Of a stretch of 64,000 bases of DNA, positions 12,574-24,160 are shown one piece after another. The notes beneath the pieces were generated by a model, which did not search any database, was not told where the DNA came from, and saw nothing but the letters and a program-made list of their open reading frames with translations. Location: positions 1 through 64,000 of the forward strand of contig JAKMXF010000111.1 of NCBI GenBank assembly GCA_024704765.1. The letters run 5' to 3'. Within the stretch, counting starts at the first letter, position 1; each line of letters starts with the position of its first letter. Position numbers and translations under genes: made by a program. This stretch comes from Oopsacas minuta. Taxonomy: Eukaryota; Animalia; Porifera.

Positions 12574-13949
12574 TCAGTTGAGCGTGTTAAGCGCCGTGTC
12601 GATAGGTTCATGTATGTTAGCTGGGCTAGTTAATGCATCATCCTCTGCCTCTGGGGGTAGTTCACCAATCGTCTTCTTAAACGTGCTAATATCAATAGAA
12701 ATACGTTCTTTCTCTGAAAAGAGTCGTCTTCGAATATTCCGTAAATTCTCAAATTCCTCCGACAAATGTTGTTCTTCACTCTTCTTTCGTCGTCTGCATT
12801 CCTCTGCCGCTTTCTTGTTCATAGCTTTACGTCTCAATTCGCGGATATAAGCTCTCTCTTCGTCTGAGAATGTAGCATTATCAATTATAACATTCAAATC
12901 TGTAACGGATAAATCTAATACTTTATTAATATCTATCATTGCTAAAAATGTTTTCAGTGAATTCTCGTTTGAAATCAAATCTTCGTGCAAAATTGGAAGA
13001 GCTTTTGAGCATTTCAGCTTATACTCCTCAGGTGTTAAAATAGGTTTATCTTGTTGTGAATGCTCCTTGATATAAACTACAAAATATATGATGTCATAAT
13101 TGTAATTTAAGAATATGCCAAACCACACAAATGGAAATAAGCAGAATAAGTGTAAATTAACTTTAATGGGACTAAAGTATAAACTTACCATCAAGTTTCA
13201 TCTTTTTCTCAGTGGAGGGAGTGATTACAGCATTCCGTTTGGTACCTAAAGTAATAGCTGATAAAGTTTTAATCATCAGAGAGCGTCAGTGAGAATATAA
13301 AGTTACACAGGTGCAAGTTCGTAGTACGTATAATGATGACCCCAAGTACATATCAGAAAGTGTGTGTTTTGTAGTTTACATAAGATTGTATTACAGATTT
13401 GTAAGTAGAGAGAACAACATTGCTTGATTAATGCTTACAAGAGAACGAATTTGATACTCATTTGAGCAAACAGAAGATTGAAACAATTCTTACCTGTGAT
13501 TGGAGTTTGTATTTTGAAAATAGTATTCCCTGTTTTATTTCCAACATTTTGAGCTGACACAAAGGCTCCTGGGAGTATGACAGGCTTGACTGGAGTAGCT
13601 AATTTTCCTTTAGCTTTGCCTTGTTCAGTTAAATTATGTATCAAGAGACATCGCCAATAGTTCTGCAACTGAGTTTGATACAAAACCCAGGCTACTTGTG
13701 GATTGATTAACAGCTGATTAGAGGGTAGATTAGATTCAGAATTGTTTGTTACTTCATCGGTAGAATAAGGAGGGGATGGGGGCTGTGATTTTAAAATATG
13801 TTCAATTGAGAAAGGATTTATTGGCTTAGAATCAGGCGAAAGCATTTCTGTCTGGAAGTGGCTAACCTGTAAACAAAATAATAAGTAAACAGTAAGTAAA
13901 CAAACAACAAATTTATGAAGGAATAATCTTAATAACTTACTTGAGCCAT
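12574..13949 (-). CDS. CNC-type bZIP transcription factor with N-terminal eh1-like motif
   Basis: Phase-consistent exons 13949-13941 (MAQ), 13866-13494 (contains FSIEHIL), 13245-13189 and 13076-12574 (FSDEERAYIRELRRKAMNKKAAEECRRRKK + zipper). Confidence 0.82.
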
Positions 13950-14367
13950 TGTAATTACTAATACAATTGGAGGTAAAATATTATTTAAATAGTAGACTCT
14001 AGGAATTATTGCGAGTATACATTTCACTCTTTATATATATATAATCCAGTCCAAGGTACATTTCTGCTGACAAAGTTTTCGTTTTCAGAATGAACGAGAA
14101 ACAAATAAAATACGCAATATGTATAAAATGCTGATTAGCCTCTTCAGGTTATGCAATATCCTGTTTAAAATTATTTCTCCCAATAAGCTATTTACCTGAA
14201 AAATCTATAGTAAAGCAAGTCAATTCCCTAGAAATTTACTTACGGGACATTCTTACTAAAATTTGTAAGAAAATTCTCAGGAAAAGATTAAGTAAATGCA
14301 TTCGAGGAATATATAGATTATCCTAATATCGCCTATAGCTAAATATGTCACTCATAAATGCACAGCA

Positions 14368-17300
14368 TTAATCCACTGTTAGAATACGAATAGTGTTCGT
14401 AGCAGCAGGGCCTGGCCTCCATCCGCTGACGACAATTATAGTAGACCCTGTCTCGACAACGAATCTGGACTTAGCTATTTCAATAGACTTCTTAATACGG
14501 AACTCTACGTCATCAACCCAGGGCTCCTTCTTCGGCTCGCGAATAAGAACAGGTAAAGTCCCTCTGTACAAATGCACGATTCTAGCCACATGAGGGTCCC
14601 GTGTAATCGTCACGATAGGACATCGCGGACGGTATTTAGCCAGGAGGGAAGCTGTCTGTCCAGTCGTGCTCAGGCAAATAATCGCAGACGCGTGATGTAC
14701 AAATGAAGCGTCAACAGCCGCGACGGCTATAGCTGTAGCAGTATCTGCTGGTGTTGGAGTAGAGTATCTATAAATATGACGTAATAAAATAATCCCCTTA
14801 TTATGATATTAATAAAATTATTGCTAGATTAGTAAATTGCACAATTGTTGCGTGATTATTCAGGTAAATATTAAAAACAAGTGACAAGGCATTCAAAGCA
14901 ATTATTACTTGCAGGATAAGTTATTGGAAATATTCAATAATTTAGAATTGTATTATTGCATAAGCGGAAATATTGCCGGGAAAATTAAAGATAATTGTTT
15001 ATCTTTCAGATAAATATTTGCCTAGGAAATAACAACGCTTACGAATATAGCACAGCTAACTATGCAATTTCCGCTGAATTATCGTTACATTAGCCATTTG
15101 GATATGCAAATTTCAAGAAAATATCTGTTGAAACTCTCTTCAACACTTTAATTGATTGTAAATCATTTCGTATCGTAGGCCTCCACTACCTAATTCGTAG
15201 TGTTTCAATATTAAATTACTTTACGTATTGAAATTGAATAAGAAATAATATAAAGTGCGATTCTAAAAGTTTTACACTAAAAGAATTGGTAAAATTAGAA
15301 TAGGAGGAAGACGCTGGATAAAGAAAGCTTTCTGATTGTTTAATCATTTGATTTTGCAATAATCATCCTAAATATCATTAAATATATGATAATTGCATTT
15401 ACGTATTGATTAGATACGACAAGTGTTCAACCTAAGCAAAATGAATCCAATAAACAATTACTACAATTTGCTACGAATCAGCAAAGTATAGATTTAGGTA
15501 AATACAGTCAAGTCTGAAGAATTGGCACACATCGATCACACGCATTTTGTCCCAATCAACCAGAAAATTCAATTAATTATAGTCGCAGACTCCCTAAAGG
15601 AAACATTCACACCCAAAGTACAAACTTTGAAATTACCTGAGTTCTTCAAAGTATGATTTATGGAACAAGCAAGCCTCAGCCTCCAAACATATCATAGACA
15701 TCATATGAACAGCTTCCACAGGGAACTTCCCTTTAGCAGTCTCTCCGCTTAGCATAACACAATCCGTACCGTCATGTACCGCGTTACCTACGTCAGATAC
15801 CTCGGCACGAGTAGGGCGTGGTCTCTCCACCATACTCTCAAGCATTTGAGTAGCTACTATAACTGGTTTGTTAACAAGATTACATTTAGCTATCATAACT
15901 TTCTGTGCTACAAATACCTACAAAAGAAGGTTAGTAGAATAGGTATCATACACCGGTTATAAGAAGATATTTTCGTGTTCTTACGAGCAATAACCACTTT
16001 ACAAGCTATTGTACATTTGTGCTCACTTATCAGCATTCGCCTATTAGTAATAATCGGCTAATAGCTTAAAAAAATCAATTATACCTTCTCAGGTCGTATC
16101 TCTATTCCCATATCTCCTCGAGCTACCATTACACCGTCCGTCTCTTCCAGAACTTCATCGAACTTATCCAAACCTTCCTGATTCTCAATCTTAGAAATTA
16201 TAAGAATATCTTTGCCAGCTTCTCCCAGAGCAGCTCTGATATCTAACAAATCTTCTTTCTTACGAATAAATGAAGCAAATACCATATCTACCTTCTGTTC
16301 AACTCCGAATTGAATATCTTTCAAATCCTTCTCAGACAGAGCAGGCAAATCTAAATACAAACGAATTGTAGTGAAGATTCTACAAACGGGTTTGTGGAAA
16401 CGGAGTGAAAAATATATGTCCCTACAAATGAACGTCCACACAACCGAGGAATCAGGGTGGGATTTTCTGCGTTGCTGTCACCCCGTGTATAGAGGTTACA
16501 CTGTGAGTTAATGTTACGTCATACTGAGCAAACTCACCGACTTCTGTAGTAGGAAGATTCACTCCTTTCCTACTCCCCAATTTGCCTCCATTCCTGATCA
16601 CAGTTGTAAGAGAATCACTACCAACTGCTACAACTTCTAAAGATATCAAACCATCATCTATGAATACTGTCTCTCCAACCTTCAATACTTTAGTGATATT
16701 TACATAATCTACGAATATCTTATCAGCTGTTCCCTTAGTGTAAAATGATTGATCTGTGGTCAATGTAAATTCCCTACCAAGTGTTAAAGTTACCTATAAA
16801 CAAACAAATAAGTAAACAATATTAATAAAATGTACACAAGGTTATCTCCCATTATCTCGAAGCTCGATGGTCCGTGATAATTACTTTGATATAACCGATG
16901 ATATTTATGTTACTTTGACCATATTTGTACAATATAAGACTTAGATATTTGGATATATATCCGTGTTCATATAACGGGAGTTGGCTGTAATAATTAACTC
17001 ACTTCAGCAGATCCACCTCCCACTAGTTCCCCAGTCCGTATTTCCGGTCCCTTGGTGTCCAGTGCGATAGCTACAGTATAATCAGGATTCAGCTTCTCAG
17101 CAGCTCTGACATTAGCTATAACCTCAGCATGATACTCATGAGAACCGTGACTGAAGTTAAGTCTAGCTAAATAAATAAATCTATAAAAGGTCAAATTACT
17201 GGCGGTGCCGACCGCCTGTTCCGTTGTCAAGGAAAGGATTTTTGGTATGTATTTTGAAATTGAATTTTGCAACTCACCAATACTCATTCCCGCCTTAATA

Positions 17301-17479
17301 AGTCTATCCAGTACTTCTACACTCTTAGAAGCAGGTCCAATAGTACATATAATACACGTATTCCTGCGGGAATGATGCATAGCTGTAGGCTTAAGCGAAG
17401 AGAGATGAGATACATGGCCCTGATGCTGGCTCCAGGGATAGTAGGTTGGTATCAGACTTGCTCTATGTTTGTGGGCCAT
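14368..17479 (-). CDS. PKM: Pyruvate kinase
   Basis: [69 protein letters not shown]...[34 protein letters not shown] across about 6 exons. Confidence 0.98.
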
Positions 17480-17522
17480 CTCTATCTATCTACGTATAAC
17501 TTAAAAGGAATAAGTAACTGCA

Positions 17523-17815
17523 AGCTCCTGTTAATGAGAAACTTGTTTCAGCTCTACATGATGTCTATCTAAGCATGCGACCAGCCACATTTCATTATCA
17601 TTATCTCATTATTCATAATGTTATTCTCATACAAAGTTGCCAAATCATGTAATATTAAATTACTTTACTTCGAAATATGTTAAATAGGTCAGTGAAGATA
17701 AAATCACTACTATTAACGGATAAAAATGGTGAATTTTGACATATTCATGAGACAGGTAAACTTGATGCGAGCGGTGAAACTGAAACAAGTTTCCAACTAA
17801 CACCAGTCTGTAGCC
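17523..17815. mobile_element. MITE family 5 copy upstream of pyruvate kinase
   Basis: ctgttaatgagaaacttgtttcagctctacatgatgtctatctaagcatgcg ... aaacttgatgcgagcggtgaaactgaaacaagtttccaactaac...gtagcc; both ends match the SNU13 copy. Confidence 0.8.
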
Positions 17816-17990
17816 ATAATATAACATTTCCAATCAAAATGCACAGCTTTCTATAATTATTAAATAAAAATAATTTTTAGGATAATATACCATAAGCCTT
17901 GCCAAGAACAACAATATTTACAAAAGAAGAGCAAAAGTTCAAAGCAGCGATAAAACACTGAAAAGTGCGAAATTTCGCGTATTTTCAGGA

Positions 17991-20900
17991 TCAAAAGAAT
18001 GAATGCAATTCGTCCATGAAAGAAGTTCGTTTGCATTTATGTTCTAATAATTCCAGTCTATCCTTCCCAAGAGCTTCCCATTTAAGGAAATAATTCATTT
18101 CTTGGTAAACTTTGGGATCAATATGACAACCTGTCCCAGTACTAATTACACAGTCTTTCCCTCTCAGCTGATCACCTCGGGATGAAGGTGTTGACAGATG
18201 AAATAGACATTTAACCTTAGACTTATGTGCACGTATCCATGACGTAATCTTATATCTATTAACAAGAAGAATATGTCCTGAGGTAATACCCAGCCATACA
18301 AGATCACGTGATAAACACATACTCTGTATTTCCAGCTGTTTGGGAGCTGAATGAGAATCTAGCGCGTTATTAATCTGATACAATTCATCAAATTCATGCC
18401 ATTTCTCCATAGTATGCAGGTCATAAACCATCAAATACCCTTTAGAATCTGCTACCCACATAACTCTATTAACCTGATCAGATAAAAGGTGTGAAACATA
18501 GAAATCACATATATTATCTTCAGGATTATCAGTATTTTGATGTGTGAGTATAATCTCCTTACAGGGAATAAGGTTATCCTCTTGCTCTTTGAATATGCTT
18601 AGTGTAGCTCCACAAGCAATCCACACAGTCCTGTCTTCCAGAATATCTATCACACGGACCTTAGAGCAGTTCCCTAACGCGTTAAGAGATATCCGACGAG
18701 TAGGGTTACTGAATGGGAACATACTAGACTGTGACGTCATAGAATACATAAGTATAGTACAGTTATTAAGTCCCAGGAATAACGACTGATGTGACGAGTT
18801 AATAGCTACTACCTCATCTTCTACACTAAACTGATACATTTTATTGAAACTAACAGGAGAGTAAGCATTGATTACTGAGCAAGATAAGGGAGTTATGAAA
18901 TTATTCCTGAAGCGTGTTTGCTTCTCAGCTGTCCATACGACACGTAATAGCGTACAGAAGTTAACAGCCACAATTTGGTTCAACACATCTATAGTGAACA
19001 ATAGCTTAACCATATCTTGATCATATATGTATATAACAGATAACTCGTACTCCAGGGAATTCAAATGAGCATCGTCTCCGATAGCCCAGACCTGTGCAGA
19101 ATTATCCGGTAGAGCAACCTGCACGAAGAAATGTATTAGGATAGGGTCAGGAGGCTGTGCAGCTGTTTGGAAGAGATGGAATTCCAATCGTGACAACTGG
19201 TAGTGAAGCAGAGAAGCAGGCGGACGATCACGTAGCACATGTGACCAGCATCTTATCATCATATCTGTATACAGCTTATAGCCAGGAAAATACACAGATT
19301 CACTTACAGCAGTCTGTTCAGCAGAACTATGTATAGACAAATTAGTAGATATACTCATCAGGGACTCAGAGAAACTAGAGTAAGGTTTCCAGTGAGTTCC
19401 CCTTGCAGGAAGTTCAGTAGTATTCGGTACGACAGCAGTAATCATATCCTTAAGCACATGACCAAACGCAAACACATCAATCAACTCGTTATACCATTGT
19501 GTACCCTCGTAACGTAGCATTTCCGGTGCCTGATACTCGGCCCTGTTAATATGCCCTCTTACACCGAGTGGAGTTATGAACGCAGCTTCCCTGAAGTCTG
19601 AAAGAATTAAATTCTTAGTATCCATGTAATCAAATGATGTTATGAGTATGTTAGCAGGCTGAAGGGATCTGTACACCACCCCTCTGCTATGTAGGTACTC
19701 AACAGCTGATATTATTTGGCGGGCAAAGCTAAACACAGTCAATCTATCCAGCTGATGAGACGGAGATTCAAGAAAAGCAGCCAATGACAACTGCGGGAGC
19801 TGTTCTGTAATAACATACAGAGCATCCGCATTAAATCCTAAAAGCCTAACTACATTATCATGCTGTAAGGAGTATAGCAGTCTAACTTCATTGCTCATGG
19901 TGTAGAATGGTAATAGAGGGGTTGAACTGTTGAAATGATATATCCTTATAGTAACCATTTGTCCTTGGTACTCGTACGTGTGATCAGCAGAACCTCCTCG
20001 AGTATTGGAGCGACGTAAAATTGATTTAGGGTGGAAATCCAGTGTACGGAGATGACGCGGTATATCATGGAAATATACATCAGGACGGAGGTTATCAAGA
20101 TTAAGCTCTACGTCATGCTGTGAGCAGTGCATCTCCTCTTCTTCATGTAGACATAGGAGAACTGAATCGAACACAAAATGCTTAGGAGAATGTATACTAA
20201 GCTTAATACAGGTAGAACAAGGTATACAAACCTGGAGAGATTTACAAATTTCATTTTTATGTCTTGTAAAGAAGAAATTCTGATAAATAAATGTATGTAT
20301 AAGACTGCAAGTAGTAGCCAGTACGTCAAAACTATCTCCTGACCCGTTAGTAGCGATTGAAAACCCATCGAACTCTGTTCTCTCTTTAATTTTAGACAAA
20401 CAGAATTGAGCTCCCATCCTCTCAAACAGCAGATACTCAGAAGTCAATGTTCTATTCTCATTCACGAATCCCTGAGCTAAATCCAACTTCTTCATGACCT
20501 GAGCTACTAATTTATTCCAGAATGAAGACTCAATACTCTCACGTTTGAATTGCATCTGGTAGATATACTCGGAAAGAGACAGGGGGGCCGCCTGACATGT
20601 AAGAGGGAGATTTAAAGGTATTAGGTATAGAGATTGTTGTATAGGTACTATCAAATCAAAATTTATCAAAATCTGCAAAATCTGTTTCAGAAATGTGAGA
20701 GAAGCCGTGAAGGCGTTCTGACATTTAGGCGCTAATTTCTCCTTCAGAGTATCCTCACTAATAACAGGGGCATGATGGTGTGTCATGACGTCACAAATAT
20801 GCATTATAAGTACTATAATCCAACCTGGATTTACAAACACACACAGAGACAAATCGTTAAGAGGAACATCAAAGAACAAAACAGCTCCGATCTCCTTCAA

Positions 20901-23626
20901 ATGCTCCAACATATTCTCCTGTAGCACGAAATCTCCCCCAAGGTTCTTTTTCAATTGTGCCTCCATCGCTCGTCTATCCATTTGCTGAGGGCAATCATTC
21001 GCGTAATCTCTAAAGCCAGATAGAAGATGTTCTACTTCTGAGTGTAAATGAGTTGTATGGAATTTAGGATCTTGTAGCAAAACCCCACCTGCTATATCAT
21101 ATAATGCTCTTTGTACTTCAGTAACGTCAGAGGATGGTAAATTCTCAAAATCAATATTCCTATAGATCGGATAATCGTTTATATGCTCAGTAAGATGGTA
21201 TTTCTCTAATAGTATCATTAGAGTATCTCTCTTCTCGCGGAATATCAAATCAGCATCTGGATCATCAGCCTTCAGATCGTGTACAAATAAGATAAGAGCA
21301 AATTTCTTTAACTATAGAAGACAAATAACAACAATAAATACAAGTTTGTTTGTTTACTTCAGCGGTTCCCCACCTAGCTCCATGGACCTCAAAATTGGAA
21401 CTACAGGGTATGGGAGGGGGCTTACAGAATTTATGAAATAGGTATAGGGGGTCGAGGGGTGAAAAATGTTGAGAACCGCTGGTTTACTTACATGTCCGAC
21501 CAGCTGAGTGAGAGGACGTATAAGATTAGCCTCCGTATCTTTAATAGAAGCTCCAGCATCATGTATAACACCAATAAGATGAGTTTCAGGCAGGAAACAA
21601 GATACAAACCTAGAATATTTACTACAATTTTTCAGCACCATAGTATTAAATGCTATCTTCTTATTCCTTAAGAAATTAGGTGTGTATATCCATGAAAAAT
21701 GCATGAGGGAGTCATGTACATGTGTGGTATAGTTCTGTTTATCAGTACTGTAGGCTTGTAGCTTATGAGCTATTGATAAATGTAGATTCTTCTCTCCAAT
21801 AAGTGTAAGACATATCTTACGAATATCTGGGGATTTGAATGTACTTCGCTTGATAACATTAAGTTTCTTAAGAGAGTTTAAAATAGTGTTTGACTGTCGA
21901 ATAGGTCGTCCTACAATAACTGTATTCTCAGTAATAGTCTCGTTATGTTGTGCTCTGAATATCTCACCATCTGGGTTAATAAACTTAACAGATTCAGACT
22001 GGAATTTAGCCATAATAGTTTCTATATCTGAGAAGCCGTTAATCAAGTTATCCTTCAAATCAATTATCTTCAGCGACGTCATGTTATATAAGGAATTAGG
22101 CAATTGTGGGAATGAATTGCCCTGGCATACTAGACACTCAATTTTAGCTGAGGACATACAACTAGGCAGGGTAGATAGTTTATTACGAGATATATCCAGA
22201 TACGTCAGTGAGGGAGGCCATATGATAGAGTTAGGAAGTTCCCGTAGCTTGTTATCAGATAGTCGCAATTTCTCAATAGTTTGTAATCTCATAAGATCAA
22301 TAATGACAAGTGTTCCAGTAAGATTGTTATGTGATAAATCCAGTACACGGATATTAAGCAGAGATAGGAAAGTATTCGGGAGTGACGTCAGTTTGTTTTT
22401 AGAAAGAATGAAATACTCCACCCATGGGCTGACATTATGCATCCAGATTTCATGAACGTTTTTCAGAGACAGATCTCCCCAATCTAAACAGAAAGATCCA
22501 TCTTCCTTCAAATGTCTACAATGCTTCAATAAGGTACCAGCTGTGAAGAAGTGTCCCTCTCTTAACGAGATTATTAACGCCGGTTTGCGTAGATACATGT
22601 CACTATGGAAATAAGTAGACAGATGTCTCTGGACCGTGGGTAAGTACCAGAGATTAGAGGGGGATGGCGGATCTCCCAATAACTCAGATACTTTATTGTA
22701 ATCGCCGTATTTAGCTGCTTGACACAGCAATAATTGCGATAAAGTCTTTGTACTATTGGTTTTCTCTGCGAAAAGTATCGCTTGTTCAAAGTTATCAGCT
22801 CCAGCGATAATACATTTCGCAGAAAGTGTATGCATGTCTCTTTTCGCGAAATATAACAGGCAAGTATTAGCACAATCATAATGAAAGTTAATGCCTAAAT
22901 TATCTAATTCTGACTTGAAATTTGATAAATTTGTTTGACTCTCATCTTTAAAAGAATTTTCCTCACACATCTCTCTCGCTTTTGTCACAATATCTAAGTT
23001 AATTATGACGTCATAAATATAAGAACATTACAGTGTTACACTATATAAGGTAATTACTTACCGTGAGATCTCAATAAGAATTCTATATTTCTTTTCTTTA
23101 ACTTCTGAGCTCTGTACATCGGCGTTTCATCGCTCTCATTAGGAATGCTAGTACACGCGTTCCTTTCTAACAACATCTTAATAATCTCTTCATTCCCTTT
23201 GTTTATTGCTGCAAGTAGTGGTGTGTTAAAGTTGCGATGAGCGACTTTACAATTAACATCAACTTCTTTACACAACAAGTATTGTACCTGATGAACACAC
23301 ATGTAAATATTAAGAACAATTATATACAGTTTACTCTCGTCATCTCGAAGCTCAAGGGACAGCGATAATTACTTCAATATAAGCGGGTATTACAATTTAA
23401 CGGGAGTTTACTATTATATAAATCTTACGATTAATGTCTGTGAGTGTTCAACAGCTTCGTATATGAGAGGAATTTTATACTTTCCAAAAGTCAAGTGTAT
23501 TTTCTGCTGATAATGATCCTCATCCTCTAGTAATCTCCTAAGCTTAATCAATTCTCCTTCTCTACACAAACGTAGTACATCTTCTTCAGAGATAGATAAG
23601 GTCTTCCTTCTCTCATTAGGATACAT
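17991..23626 (-). CDS. LRRK-type Roco protein (ANK-LRR-Roc-COR-kinase-WD40), predicted pseudoenzyme
   Basis: Ankyrin exons 23626-about 23430 and about 23290-23062, LRR + Roc-like exon 22993-21492, COR/kinase/WD40 exon 21311-17991. Kinase fold recognisable (LHSRGVVYRSLQPANILI, LSDFR, YQAPEM, DVFAFG). Confidence 0.88.
21360..21481. mobile_element. MITE family 4, hAT type, with perfect 8-bp TSD GTTTACTT
   Basis: gtttactt|cagcggttccccacc...tgttgagaaccgctg|gtttactt. Related copies (GGTCCACGGACGACAGC core) at about 25710-25822, 31700-31800, 33920-34005, 43530-43650, 46440-46620, 49700-49800, 56340-56430. Confidence 0.92.
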
Positions 23627-24160
23627 CTAGCTATTCAATTTTAATATTTTCAAACAATCATGAACAATCTTCATAGATTTGGCATTAGCAAGAACATGAC
23701 ATGAACATTGTTAGTACATTATGTGGCAACACTGCAATGAAAACCAGAATTGCATTAGTCTGTAAGGGCGTAGGCGATGGTAGGCTTGGCAAGACTATGG
23801 CTTTACGGATATTTCTGCTCTCTACGCCTGTACAGTCGTATCTCAAAAGCTCAGATATACAACAACCCTTTAATATAGTAATTATGGGATATTTGTACCA
23901 TCAATATAGAATATATAAAAGCCATCAATTGTAAACAGCTGTTCCATAAATCCCAATAATGCTACAGAGCCATAGAACATTCTCTAATAAACAGATGTGT
24001 GATACATTAACAAATGAATAAATATTAATTTGCTCTCAGTAACATTCAATAATTATGTAGCAATGAGGGTAATTAAGGAATATATACTCTTGGATCTTCG
24101 TTATGAATCGCTAAAAACACAAACTTAGAAAACCCTCTCCACCAATTATTGACCTTCTAA

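Noticed and set aside
21835-22455. Plus-strand ORFs such as 2856-3212, 21835-22455, 35125-35628, 36259-36606, 53608-54162 and 61585-62253
   Set aside because: Antisense shadows of, or overlaps with, well-supported minus-strand genes; no recognisable domains.
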